DNA of 54,971 nucleotides, filler included, from Sphacelaria rigidula (GCA_964200075.2; 5 parts of 5 records of this genome joined end to end with filler, not necessarily neighbours in it), one strand, 5' to 3'. Shown: positions 35,541 to 49,389, counted from the whole stretch's first letter. Notes: generated by a model from the sequence alone, not told the origin. Numbers and translations are program-made.

Positions 35541-36006
35541 CTTGTGCCGTGAGGATAAACGTGATATCGCTTGGGTAAACATGATTGATTCCAACGGTCG
35601 GAGGAATGAATAATTCGTCTGAATATTTCTTGGTTTTAGTGTGATTGATTCGTATCGTACGGATCAATCAATCCTTGGGCTTTGTTTACAGCGTTGCACC
35701 CCAGCTACGCGCACTCCCGGCACGTGGAATAGTGAAAATAGTGCAAAACTTGCGTTAAAAGTTTCTTAGATCCGCTATCAACTTTTCTCCCTTTTTCAAA
35801 CGGTCAGGCCTCACAACTCGTACGATCGTTTTTGTGATTCAAAGCAGCGATGCTTCGTCACACCCATGATTGATTCAAATGGGCAGGTACACCGCCGGTA
35901 CACCGCATCGTACGATCACACGTGGGAAATTGCGCCCGTGATCAGAGGGGTGCCTGCCCGGGACTTGACTTCGGGAACATGTTTTTTCACCTCTGGCTCG
36001 AGGAGC

Positions 36007-36118
36007 ACCCCCCCCCCCCAACCAAAGTAGTGCCCCGTCTCGAAAGGGATGCGTGGTTGATGGTCAAACGACTAAGGCAAGCAACAAATGAGTACGCCCC
36101 CCCCCCCCTCCCCCCCCT
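36007..36118 (-). mobile_element. G-tract-flanked short element, subfamily B
   Basis: Near-identical to 27192-27305, with C-tracts on both sides. Confidence 0.75.
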
Positions 36119-39100
36119 CACCCAACCAAAGTACGGTAGAACGCACACGAACTGAAAAACATGCCAAACACCTCCTGGAACGAGCGCATTCAGATAACGT
36201 ATTGTGTTCAGACGAAAACGATGCGTTGAACGGTGTTCAGGTGGACATTACTCTTGTGAGGTTCTTGCGGATGGCTATACGTGAAAGTTAGCTCCACGTG
36301 TGTTCGACCGGCAAGCCGAGATCCAAGGAGTCTTCAAGGTACTGACCCGCGTGTGTGACCCTACCATACGTTGCGTTCAAAATTCTAGGCCCAGGGGACG
36401 AACGAGGACGAAACCGTACTCTACAAGATGTGTAACGTATATACCCTTAGTCTATTGAACGCGTTCTGCCGACCACAATCTAGTGATATCGCGCTTCCGT
36501 CTTCGCGCCTGATTTTTGTTTTACCGAGGAACCGTGTCTTATCGATCTTTTGTTTTTGCGCAACGCTGATTGTCATTGGCAGCAGGTGCGTTGTTTCGCG
36601 TCGTGCCCCAGAATGTGTTCTGAGAATTAGTTCTCCCCTACCATTGTGTGAAAACTACATGCAGCGCGGGGTGAAGGTCCCCTAATGATTCTGTCATGTT
36701 GCCGACGCTGCGTCGCATTGATTGAGTGAGTAATCAGTCGAATGATCCATTGGTTATTTGATAGACTGATTGTCGCAACATCACCTGATATGGAGGTTGC
36801 GATTCCACGCAGAAGCGATACATTACATTGCTCGCCTCGACATGTCAATATCTGGCTCGTCAAGATTTGATTGAGAATTTCCTCAACCGCACTGCGCGGG
36901 AGATATATATGGCACGTATGGGGGTGTCATCGTCTCCTCCGAGATGAATGGAAGGCGTACGTAGATGCGTTTGAGCGGAACGAACGGGCAAGTAGGGAAA
37001 AGGACACACCGTCCACCGTCGCTGCCACGGGTTGCTGGGTGTCTGAGGAGGCAGGACCACCACCTTCAAGCGATGATGATGTACTCATTAAAGAAGAACC
37101 TTCGCGACGCTGATCCCGCGATCATTGAACAGCATGTGTTCGCTGAGCCCTTTTCCAAACGCCCACGCGAAGAGGGAGTGCACGGTATATCAGCCACCGC
37201 ACTAGCCAAAAAACAAATCAGATTCGTCCGAGCCATCGCTGTACCGGGGAGAGATGGCTTGGTCCTTCGAGACCACGGACTCGTCCCGACGACGGAGAGG
37301 GATTCAAAGTGCGACACATAAAATATAATAATAAATGAAGAAAACATGAATAAAAATCGCCAATAGCAAAATATACATACCATGCCTCATAACAGGGAGT
37401 GATCCTCCGAAGCGACGGCCTTCGAGGGTTGCCTATGACACGGTAGAAATTCTTCACGAGCAAGATGTGAACCGTGTGTGCCATGTTATGAAGGTTGTGA
37501 ATTTTGATCATGACTGCTTCCCGAGAATCAATTTCGTGGGACCCCTATGCACAACAGGCGGTGCACAGTGACATGCACGGGCCAAGAACAGCAAGCCTAC
37601 CTCACGAACGCCACCAGAGAGTAAGCATCTGAGCCCTTGAAACCAACCGTAAAACAATATTCCCTAGCACGGATCCGGGTGGCTAGGTCCTGCGCAGGCA
37701 TGCGTATTTGCGACGTGCATTTGTTTCCCGGACCTTTGGGTGATACTCGCTACAAAGCCCTTGAGCCCTGACGACCATCGTTCAAAATTTGCCGTTCCTA
37801 ACGGGCTAAATATGCAGAGCAGGGAGATGCTTCCGCAGAAAAAAAAACTCCACGTGCAACTCTAGCACACGTTGAGAACAGCAGGGTTCCGCTCAGAAAC
37901 AACTATAGAGAGGAAACGACACATCAAAGGCGAGAAAAAAACGTCGGAACCTTTCTTTTGCATCTCGACCCTTTGCAACCGACCGCTCTCAGCTGACAGT
38001 TCATGAATCGAACGGAACGATTGTATCTGCAATGCATCATCCGCCACCGAAGTCGAGCCGGAAGGCACGCAAGTGGCCTAACCCCGAAAGCATGAACACA
38101 ATAAAGATGGAGCACCCATCATGCCACACTGAACACGCTGCTTGCTGCGAGCTTGTGCTCTGTGGCGGAAGCTCGTTCTGTACGCGCCGATGTCATTTAG
38201 TAACGGTCGAGGGCAATTGCTGCCGCATCATCGTTCTAAAAAATATGTGGCCAGAACACAGCTAACGCAGCAAGCAAAGGAGGCGGGTAGCCTCCGGGAG
38301 GGTCCGCGGAGAAACGGACAAGTCTACGCCAAACAAACGGGGGAAGCAAGGGTGCTGCCGTTGGGCAAAACAAGACAACCAAGCACATAATCACGCACGC
38401 ACTTTGCTGAGTAGAAGGAGAAAGGGCTCCCCAGAACGCTGACGCCGTGGAAACAGTCTCCGGGGACGGAGAACCAGGTTGAGGTATTGATGTTCCGTGC
38501 GCTTTGGTACATCTTGCGGCCGACGAAGACGTCGCGGCGGTGGCCGCCGCTACGCTTGCATTATCTCGGAGTTCCCGATAGCTTAGGGTCTGACAAGCTG
38601 CGTCTCGAGTGCGTCGGCGTTTCGTTCGTCTCACAGTCGGTTCCTGGGTTTTCGAGGACAATATACAGTATCAGCGATCAACTGAACAGCTCGAATGATG
38701 ATTGGCGCTGCGTGTCCGCAAGAATTTACTTCGGAACGTGTAGACTCTCATTTCTGAACTTCAAGATCTGTAAAGTAACAACCGCATTTTACTGAATGAC
38801 GCGAAAGAAGTGTTGAGACTTGCTCTGAGCACACGTTCGCCCGAGATCGTCCTTCCATTTATTCTTTCAGGGAGAAAGTTTTTGAACGGGACGAATCTCT
38901 CACCAAGATGTCCCACGAAGGAATCCCGGTAGTCGGACGATCTGGCCACATATTCAGCACATCTCCTCCCCGACTCCTCGCATTCATACGATCATCCCCC
39001 AGTACATGCCCGCGTCCGCGACATGTGCTGCTAGCACTGCCACCACGTCCAAATAATCCCGACGTCCCCGTCATGACGTTCCGTGAAGCGGATTTGGCGT

Positions 39101-39593
39101 CGGCGCCGGAGTAATGGTTGGTTGATTGTTTCTCGCAGCCCTCCAGAATCGGTAGCTGTGTGTAGTCGTTGCTTCTTCTGCTCTTCGGAAAACCTTCTCT
39201 TGGAGTTATAGGCTAGACCGTCAGGCACCAGAGAAGGGTGGTGGTTGGGGGGAGGGCGGGGGGAGGGATGGCGGATGAAGAGAGAACAGGAGATGAAAAG
39301 AAAGAGGGAGGCCAATAGTTTTACGGACTGACGCCTTGGCGCGACGACGGCCAGCTACTCCGCGAATAGGGTCGTGTTCTCGACAGCGGCCCCAACGAAC
39401 TTGTAAGAATGTTTTCGAGCGCTGCTTTTTTCAGTTTGTCATTTACCGCATGAGCTCCTTTGACTCCGTCTTTTAGGATATTTTCGTGCCACCTACTCGA
39501 TCAATGTATTCAGCCGTAGGCAGAATCATTGACAGCATGCCCCGAAGACAGTCTCTTTCGCCCCCGTGTGCCGCACGAGGTGTCTCCGTTCAC

Positions 39594-42367
39594 CTCGACG
39601 ACCACATTGAGTTTTGATAAGAACAGTCTGCAAATCGCTTTGAGCGTGCTTCTGTCCAGAAGATGCGACGGCGTTCCGGTGACTCCATCGCGACCCTCTC
39701 CCGGTTCACCCCCTGCGTAGCACGGGAATCGCACATGTGACGAGACAAACCCGTTCAGAGTAGAATGAGAGCATGCTTGAACATTTCAACACGTGACGTC
39801 GATCAACCACGTACGTTGTGACGGGGGAATAAACGAGAACGAACAAATGGGCTAATATTTGACACTTCAAATCAAAACCAATATAAGAGTCATGATCATG
39901 CAGCCAGCAGGACCGTATTCTTTGCCGTCCAAGAATATATTAATCTATTCCGAAATCTGCTTCGCTTTCTCGACGTTGAACTGACCCGTTCGTGTTGGTA
40001 GGGGAGCATGCTCGGGCCACACCGCGAGCGCTCGGCTGGGAGTAGCACGTATTTTATTTATCGCCCCTCCATTTTGATCCCCCCTTGCGACGTCAGCGTC
40101 GTTCAACTTCCACGGATCTTCCAGATGTTGCCCCCCTCCATCCCGAGCGTTTCCAGCATTTTCACCGCATTGTCCAGAAATATCCCGATGTTGTCGATTT
40201 TTTTCCCGACGATGGTCCGTCTCCGCTGGCGATGGCGGCATCGGTGAGGAATTGCCATGTTCCTGGGCTTGTGAAGACTGTTCTGAGATCTTGTGCGCAG
40301 CGGAGTCAATCGCCGGCAACGTGGTGCTCGAACTCTTCGATAAGGCGGGGGTTACAGTCGGTTCGTTGGTGCCGTTGTTGCCGTCATTGTCGCTGTCATC
40401 GTTGTTGTTGTCATTGTTGTCGTCGTTGTTATTGTTGTTGTCGCTGCCGTTGTTATCGTCATTGTTACCGCTGCTGCTGCTGTCACTATCATGGGTGCCT
40501 TGCCAGGTTTCGACCTTAGCTGCGGTCGAGGTTCCTAGCTGAGGATCTTCGTGAACCGCCGCTAAGATCCTTGACGGCAAAAGCCGAAGCGTAGGGCGCG
40601 AGCACGGCCGAGATGACAGTTTTGACGCACGGTCGGGGTGTCGTTAACTATTTCAAATTCTGGGCCAGTCCGACAAAACCTCTTTGTACGAATACACTAA
40701 AAAATAGGAGAGGACACGTCAATAGGACTCTTGTGATGTGCACGGGTCCCGACGGCCGCCGGCGGAAGAAGTGGTGTATGCACGACCGGTCAGGGCGGAA
40801 GGATGAGAGGTTGAATGCCGGCATACGTGTGTGTTGCTCTGAGAATATATCTGTATTTCCATCGTTGAAAACGCGTGGCGTGAGCAGTAGAAAAAATCTG
40901 ACGATAATCGGCGCAGTGCGGGAGCGGTGGCCCTATTTACGATACCGTGAAGCAGGTACGGTGTATCGGGGGAGGGGTGGATTGGTTCGTTGAGACTGCG
41001 TGCTCTTCCGGAGGAAGGGAAATATGTGAGACCGTGCAGGGAAGAAGTTCTCGTTGCCCAGCGTTTCGGAGGAGGTTGCTTCGTGCTTTCATTTTTTCCT
41101 CACCTGACGAGGTCTTGTCTGAGCTTCACTTTCCGGTTCTTGTCATCTTCCGCCTTGAGAATGGCAGCGTCTTTTTCTGCAATGAGAGCCTGCACAGCCG
41201 CAATGCCGACCTCCTCACGACGAAGCTGTGGGCCATAAGAGCGCAAATTCCGGAAACAATCAACACGACCTATCTCCTGACAACATCATCATTATCATTA
41301 TCATCATCATCATCATCATCAACAACAACAACAACAACAACAACGGCGATGACGACGACGTCACGGCCCACCTCCTCTCGAAGATCAAGCATCTCTTGTC
41401 GCTCATCCTCCGATATTCCCGCCAGTTTGTAGAATGAAGTGCCGCCCTCCGCCCTCCTACCTTCCCCGCTGCCGCCAGAAGTCCCACCAGTCACCGGTAA
41501 GCCCCCAGTATCGCTGTGAGACGCGGAAGCAACGGCGTGTTCAGCCTGGAGCTGCATTGACACACGTAGAAAACGTGGGAAGGGGACGAGGCCCCGAGGC
41601 GAACAATGCTGTGGTCTATGACGCCAAACCGACGGAATGAAAATAGAATCTTCGACTCCACGGGTCAGCGGTAGTCTGCGGATTTTCCTGGGGAGAATCA
41701 AGTTTTCCTACTCGTAGGTTGATGGAAAATGGCGTCTCCGAAAGGAATTATTCGGACACACACCGCAGCCCCGGGGGGACAAAACTGACACGTTGCGGGG
41801 AAGAATCTGCGTGCTTGGTCGTCCACGTCGTAAACAGTTTGCCACAGAAAAAGAGAAGAACTGCGCGGAGTAAATTTTCGGAAGTCCAAGCCTCGGTACT
41901 GACTCGGTTCCGTGTGTCACACACCTTTTGGTGCATATGTCGGATGATCTTCTGCAGCAGATGACTCCGTCTGGCTGTTTCCTCCACGGCCTGCCTCGCC
42001 GACGCTGCTCGTTTCAGCAGGAGATTGTTCGACTCCAGGAGACCTTTCTTCGCACGGCTCATGTTCTCGACTTCGAAACATTGAAACCGAAGTTCTGCCA
42101 TCATCTGTTCCAAACAGATCAGAGAATCGGGTCAGGGTTAGGACCACAGCTACGTTTTCCCCTTCGTGAGTGGACGGAACATACATGATCCGCTTGACTT
42201 CAGGCGAAGGACGAACTGGCAGAGAAGTACATTTTTCAGTCAGTTCACGGAGCCCGTCGGGGGCCAAGTAATGTGGCCGCCTACTCAGTGTCTGTTACCT
42301 TCTTGTTCTGCGAGATCATATGCTTCGTTCTCGGACCTAGCTGCTCCTGAGTTTCCTTAGCAGCGGC
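39594..42367 (-). CDS. Multi-exon gene for an unknown coiled-coil / low-complexity protein
   Basis: Phase-compatible GT-AG exons 42367-42299, 42104-41925, 41551-41372, 41225-41104, 40569-39986, 39712-39594. The first exons are helical and charged; the long exon is Asn/Asp-rich. Start codon not resolved, and downstream exons carry lesions. Confidence 0.7.
41283..41345. repeat. (ATC)n(AAC)n compound microsatellite in intron
   Basis: Direct read. Confidence 0.9.
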
Positions 42368-42937
42368 CTTCACACGTGCGGGACACATGCGCGCAAGTCA
42401 CCGCGCAGCGCACGGGTTAACACGAAGAATACTCATAAAGTAGCACCTTCGATACCGTTGCAAAAGGAAACGTTGGTGTCAGTGGTTGCATCGGACGTCT
42501 GGGCTTCTACTCGATCCAAGCATATGGGAGACGTCATATTGTCAAATAGTGGTAGGAAAATATTCATGAACCGCGCAAAACGTTCTGAGCCAGATTCACA
42601 ACTAGTCGGGTTCCATTGTAATAGCGCGAGACGGCCATACCGACGGAACAGAAACTCACTATCCATTATCGGGTGATGACTGAGAAACCCGGTTGGATAA
42701 CGGCAATGGCCAAGGTTATTGTTTTTGAGAATCTCAGCTTTCAGCTGCAGAATAGATATCATGAGACGGCAAGACGACAGAGAAGATGCAACAGGCAGCA
42801 GCAGCCGAACAATGCGATACATCAACTTGCATCAATGTAAAAAACTTCACGAGTTAGTACCCCTGGCGAGAATCGTGCTTAGTTTAGCATATAGGTATCG
42901 GTATCAGAATTGCACGTTTTCTTTCTCAAATCCCATA

Positions 42938-43420
42938 AGGCCAACTCTAATGGGAGCAATTCAAAAATCCTGTTGAAAACTGACATTTGGGCCCTTCTTC
43001 GTTGTTTACGCCCGAAAAGAGAGCTAGGCGGGTGTTGACGCCTTGAAATGCCTTCCTCTACTCGTGAAGACCGTTTCAGGGCAACTTTGCGTTTCGCTGG
43101 CTGCAGTTTTGGTTTTTGGCCAAACTTGCATTTTCAATAAAAACACGACCAGGTGATCAAAATACTGGCCGTTTCCTCACTGTCTTTTTTTCTTCTTTCA
43201 TATGACTGTTTATATTGAAAATGCAAGTTTGACCAAAAATAAAACTGCGGCCCGTGGGAACCGCCACGTTGCCCTGGAACGGTCTCAACGAGTAGAGTAA
43301 GTCATTCCAAGGTGTCAAAATCCGCCCAGCCCTCCTTTCGGGCGCCAGACGACGAAGAAGAAGCCCCGAAAATGCACTTTTGAACAGGATTTTTGATCGG
43401 CTCCCCTTGGATTTGGTCTA
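42938..43420. repeat. Fold-back element (~215-bp diverged arms), MITE-like
   Basis: TCAAAAATCCTGTT...CAAACTTGCATTTTCAATA pairs with TATTGAAAATGCAAGTTTG...AACAGGATTTTTGA. Confidence 0.88.
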
Positions 43421-43957
43421 AGTCAAGCGTGTCGAAACTCAAAATTAATTCCATGACAAAGCGAGCACCACCGCGGACGACGCGGTTCTCAACTGCCCTG
43501 CTGGGTGACGCCCATCGATTTGCTCGGGGTGGGCGGTTTGTACAAGAAGCAGTGTAAATACAATGTTTCGGGAGGTGGGCTCGAAAGCAACACGACTAGC
43601 TGAGCGGCAGGCTGGACGCACCGGGTGATCGGAGGGGAAACTCTCGGGGCTAGGACAACTGCGGAATACAAATCGACCCTTTTCCTTCCCATTGTTCTTG
43701 CTTCTACTCCCTCTAGCTCTGTATCATTACCAAAACAAAAGTGTGGCATTTGGCATCTTGCGCTTTGGCCTACACGGCGATTGCGTCGGTGTGAAGAATG
43801 AACTAAAGCCACCTTACAGGGGGATCGGCACTGAGATGGGGGAAGTCATCACGGTTAGGACGAATCATCACGGGTTCAAATCACCAAATCCATGATTTCC
43901 TCGGCCTGATTTCCCAAGAGGGAGAAAAACGTTGACCGCTGGTCCAAGGGGTATCCA

Positions 43958-44057
43958 NNNNNNNNNNNNNNNNNNNNNNNNNNNNNNNNNNNNNNNNNNN
44001 NTTAATTAATTAANNNNNNNNNNNNNNNNNNNNNNNNNNNNNNNNNNNNNNNNNNNN
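43958..44057. other. Artificial contig linker
   Basis: N44-TTAATTAATTAA-N44. Confidence 0.97.
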
Positions 44058-47000
44058 GAACCACTGCTGATGTCACGATCTTGTCCCGAAACACGACAGC
44101 GAGTTCGATGCACCGACATCTCGGCATACCAAGAGTACCCTCACGAACTCTGTTCCCTAGCGCGGGCTGAGTCAGTGCGGACACGCAACCTACCCACAAG
44201 CGTGTCGTACTGCTACTCACAGCCATTCCAGAGCCGTGAGACCCTCGAAGATCCCCACCGGCAGGGTAGTGAGATCGTTCCCCTCCAGGTCCCTTGTGGT
44301 GTCGAGGGGAGACGAGGAGCAGAGCAGAGACGACACGTTAGCTAGTAGTGACCTACGAGGCGTGGCCAACACACCAAGATGCACAAGCCGCATTCGGACA
44401 CACCGACGAAGTCGCGGAGTCTACGCCGCCGCGTGTTGTCCTGGGTACGATTCTCCTTGAAATCAACGGAAGCCGTTGTCAATCATCCTCAGTACGTACA
44501 GCCGACGCTCGTGAGTTGCCATACTACCGCAATGTCACTCGAGAGCCACCCGCAGGGGATAGGGGACATGTGACGAGGAAAACGACATCTCGGCGCGTTC
44601 TCGAAGGTGGAGAGGAATCTTCACGTACGAAGACGACGCCACCTGGGCCAACAGTTCCCCAGAGCAAAATACCTGGGGTGTTTTGGGTACCCGTTCTGAT
44701 GTTTCGATCTACCTCGCACACCTCTGAGCATAGATCGGGACACAATGGCTAACACGACAGTACCAAGCCCATGAGAGCAATGGGGATAACATGACAGTAC
44801 CAAGTCCTACCGACTTCTACACTCGTATCGTTTCGCGTATAGTGATCCACTGCCCAGCACCCCTGAACCACTGCTGATGTCACGATCTTGTCCCGAAACA
44901 CGACAGCGAGTTCGATGCACCGACATCTCGGCATACCAAGAGTACCCTCACGAACTCTGTTCCCTAGCGCAGGCTGACTCAATGCGGACACGCAACCTAC
45001 CCACACGTGTGTCGTACTGCTACTCACAGGAACCTGAGAGCCGTGAGACCCTCGAAGATCCCCACCGGCAGGGTGGTGCGATTGTTGTCGAACAGGGACC
45101 TTTTGGTGTCGAGGGGAGACGAGGAGCAGAGCAGAGACGACACGTTAGCTAGTAGTGACCTACGAGGCGTGGCCAACACACCAAGATGCACAGGCCGCAT
45201 TCGGACACACCGACGAAGTCGCGGAGTCTACGCCGCCGCGTGTTGTCCTGGGTACGATTCTCCTCGAAATCAACGGAAGCCGTTGTCAATCATCCTCAGT
45301 ACGTACAGCCGACGCTCGTGAGTTGCCATACTACCGCAACGTCACTCGACAGCCACCCGCCGGGGATAGGGGACATATGACGAGATAAACGACATCTCGG
45401 CGCGTGCTCGAAGGTGGAGAGGAACCTCCACATCCTCCACATACGAAGACGACGCCACCTGGGCCAACAGTTCCCCAGAGCAAAATACCTGGGGTGTTTT
45501 GGGTACCCGTTCTGATGTTTCGATCTACCTCGCACACCTCTGAGCATATATCGGGACACAAGGGCATACTCTACACGATAGACACCTCGATAGTGTTGAT
45601 GTTGCCCCGACCCCTGGGCGAGATAGGAAGGCATGACGACAAATGAACCCTTGGGGTGGTCTCGAACGTACGCGGTGTCTTCGACAACAAAATGTAACCC
45701 CCCCTGGCGTTCCACAAGTAGCTTACACGGGTCTCATGGACCCGAGGGCTGTCAGAGGATGGTATCTTGCGGGTATCGGTTCGCGAGTGGCACTGCATAC
45801 CACCTCTACAGCCCATGAGAGCAATGGGGCTAACATGACAGTACCAAGCCCTACCGACTTCTACACTCGTATCGTTTCGCGTATAGTGATCCACTGCCCA
45901 GCACCCCTGAACCACTGCTGATGTCACGATCTTGTCCCGAAACACGACAGCGAGTTCGATGCACCGACATCTCGGCATACCAAGAGTACCCTCACGAACT
46001 CTGTTCCCTAGCGCGGGCTGAGTCAGTGCGGAAACACAACCTACCCACGAGCGTGTCGTACTGCTACTCACAGCGTTTCCAGAGCCGTGAGACCCTCGAA
46101 GATCCCCACCGGCAGGGTAGTGAGATCGTTGTCGTTCAGGTCCCTTGTGGTGTCGAGGGAAGACGAGGAGCAGAGCAGAGACGACACGTTAGCTAGGAGT
46201 GACCTACGAGGCGTGGCCAACCCACCAAGATGCACAGGCCGCATTCGGACACGCCGGCGAAGTCGCGGAGTCTCCGCCGACGCTGGATGTCCTGAATACG
46301 ATGCTCGGTGAAATCAACGGAAGTTGGCGTCAATCATCCTCAGTACGTACAGCCGACGCTCGTGAGGTGCCATACTACCGCAATGTCACTCGACAGCCAC
46401 CCGCGGGGGAAAGGGGACATTTGACGAGGGAAAACGACATCTCGGCCCGTTCTCGAAGGTGGAGAGGAACCTACACATACGAAGACGACGCCACCTGGGC
46501 CAACAGTTCCCGAGTGCTAAACACCTGCGTTGCTTTGAGTACCCGTTCTGATGTTTCAATCGACCTCGCACACCTCTGAGAATATATCGGGACACAATGA
46601 CATACTCTACACGATAGACACCTCGATAGTGTTGATGTTGCCCCGACCCCTGGACGAGATAGGAAGGCATGACGAAAAATGAACCCTTGGGGTGGTCTCG
46701 AAGGTACGCGGTTTCTTCGAAAACAAAATGTAACCCCCCCCTGGCGTTCCACAAGTAGCATACACGGGTCTCATGGGCCCGAGGGCTGTCAGAGGATGGT
46801 ATCTTGCGGTTATCGGTTCGCGAGTGGCACTGCATACCACCTCTACAGCCCATGAGAGCAATGGGGCTAACATGACAGTACCAAGCCCTACCGACTTCTA
46901 CACTCGTATCGTTTCGCGTATAGTGATCCACTGCCCAGCACCCCTGAACCACTGCTGATGTCACGATCTTGTCCCGAAACACGACAGCGAGTTCAATGCA

Positions 47001-48566
47001 CCGACATCTTGGCATACCAAGAGTACGCTCACGAACTCTGTTCCCTAGCGCGGGCTGAGTCAGTGCGGAAACGCAACCTACCCACAAGCGTGTCGTACTG
47101 CTACTCACAGGAATTTCAGAGCCGTAAGACCCTCGAAGATCCCCACCGGCAGGGTGATGCGATCGTTGTCGTTCAGGGACCTTGTGATGTCGAGGGAAGA
47201 CGAGGAGCAGAGCAGAGACGACATGTTAGCTAGGAGTGACCACGAGGCGTGGCCAACCCACCAAGATGCACAGGCCGCATTCGGACACGCCGGCGAAGTC
47301 GCAAAGTCTACGCAGCCGCGTGAGGTCCTGGATACGATGCTCCTTGAAATCAACGGAAGTTGGCGTCAATCATCCTCAGTACGTACAGCCGACGCTCGTG
47401 AGTTGCCATACTACCGCAATGTCACTCGACAGCCACCCGCGGGAGAAAGGGGACATGTGACGAGGAAAAATGACATCTCGGCCCGTTCTCGAAGGTGGAG
47501 AGGAACCTACACATACGAAGACGACGCCACCTGGGCCAACAGATCCCGAGTGCTAAACACCTGCGGTGTTCTGGGTACGCGTTCTGATGTTTCAATCGAC
47601 CTCGCACACCTCTGAGCATATATCGGGACATAATAACATACTCTACACGATAGACCCCTCGATAGTGTTGATGTTGCCCCGACCCCTGGACGAGATAGGA
47701 AGGCATGACGAAAAATGAACCCTTGGGGTGGTCTCGAAGGTACGCGGTTTCTTCGAAAACAAAATGTAACCCCCCCCTGGCGTTCCACAAGTAGCATACA
47801 CGGGTCTCATGGGCCCGAGGGCTGTCAGAGGATGGTATCTTGCGGTTATCGGTTCGCGAGTGGCACTGCATACCACCTCTACAGCCCATGAGAGTAATGG
47901 GGCTAACATGACAGTACCAAGTCCTACCGACTTCTACACTCGTATCGTTTCGCGTATAGTGATCCACTGCCCACCACACCCCTGAACCACTGCTGATGTC
48001 ACGATCTTGTCCCGAAACACGACAGCGAGTTCAATGCACCGACATCTCGGCATACCAAGAGTACGCTCACGAACTCTGTTCCCTAGCGCGGGCCGAGTCA
48101 ATGCGGAAACACAACCTACCCACGCGCGTGTCGTACTGCTACTCACAGCGCTTCCAGAGCCGTGAGACCCTCGAAGATCCCCACCGGCAGGCTGGTGAGA
48201 TCGTGCCAGCCCAGGTACCTTGTGGTGTCGAGGGAAGGCGAGGAGCAGAGCAGAGACGACACGTTAGCTAGGAGTGACCTACGAGGCGTGGCCAACCCAC
48301 CAAGATGCACAGGCCGCATTCGGACACGCCGGCGAAGTCGCGGAGTCTACGCCGCCGCGTGAGGTCCCGGGTACGATGCTCCTTGAAATCGATCATCCCC
48401 AGTACGTACAGCCGACGCTCATGAGTTGCCATACTACCGCAATGTCACTCGACAGCCACCCGCAGGGTAAAGGGGACATGTGACGAGGAAAAGCGACATC
48501 TCGGCCCGTTCTCGAAGGTGGAGGGGAACCTACACATACGAAACGACGCCACCTGGGCCAACAGTT
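44058..48566. repeat. Tandem array of a ~1.04-kb unit (4.5 copies)
   Basis: GAACCACTGCTGATGTCACG starts at 44058, 44865, 45909, 46946 and 47984 (periods 807, 1044, 1037, 1038); the last copy is truncated. Confidence 0.97.
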
Positions 48567-48579
48567 GGGAGGTTGAATC

Positions 48580-48726
48580 GGGGGGGGGGGGGGGGGGGTG
48601 TAGTCATGATCGTGCATGCCATAGTCATCAGACCATTGACGTCGCATCCCTACAAAGCCGGGACGGAGCACGCCGGCTTTTCGCCGGACCAGGCTCGCGG
48701 GGAGGGGGGGAGGGGGGGGAGGGGGT
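48580..48726 (+). mobile_element. G-tract-flanked short element
   Basis: G19 + core + G-rich tail, located at the end of the tandem array. Confidence 0.88.
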
Positions 48727-49389
48727 GGTAGCCGCCGAAGTTCGTCAGCCTGCTCGACGAGTATTCATTGACCATAGACAACTCATCCTGGTTTCCTTTG
48801 TTTGAGGTGGATGCACTCGATTAAACACTACATCACTCAAAGGGCATATCGCGGGTTGAAGCGACGACCTCCCTGTTCAGGTGCCACACACACGTCCACA
48901 CCCCTGACACGTACTGCAAGATGAGCTCCTTTCTTCTCAACTCTTCTAGCGTTTCCTGAAACTCTGCAAGAATAATACGTTTTGCCGTCTGGTATGCGGA
49001 ACGTGGGATGCTCCCGGAAAGCGGGGTCATTACAACATGTATTGTGATTCGAAGCACACAACGCAAAAAACAGCGCTCGAATCGCACTCGTGATCGACGA
49101 GATTGTCTCTGATTCAGTCGACCTATCGATGGACTCCCCTCAACAAACCACCGTCCCCGACAAGAGCAACTACAAAAAAACACGCAAACGGGAGGGGGGA
49201 AGCACGAAGGGACAAGAGGTCTAGGCCTGAGTAACTGTTTTGGGTGCGTAAAAGTATGTCCGTGTGTGATGCACTTCGAGAGAATATGAATGGCAAAGCG
49301 CTGTCGCGAATGTATCCAGCCCGACGACAGGTCGCATGATTCCGTCGCTGACATACTGAGTGTGGTCAAAAACAAATTATGAAACCTTA

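Noticed and set aside
42660-42745. Further upstream exon of the minus-strand gene
   Set aside because: Good splice sites, but its phase-1 end puts a stop in the next exon; unresolved.
44065-44095. Hammerhead ribozyme in the 1-kb unit (CTGATGT...CGAAAC), i.e. a retrozyme
   Set aside because: The core reads CUGAUGU rather than CUGANGA, and I cannot form convincing stems I-III.
44058-48566. Repeated ORFs in the tandem units as real genes
   Set aside because: Lengths and frames change between copies and no domain is recognisable.
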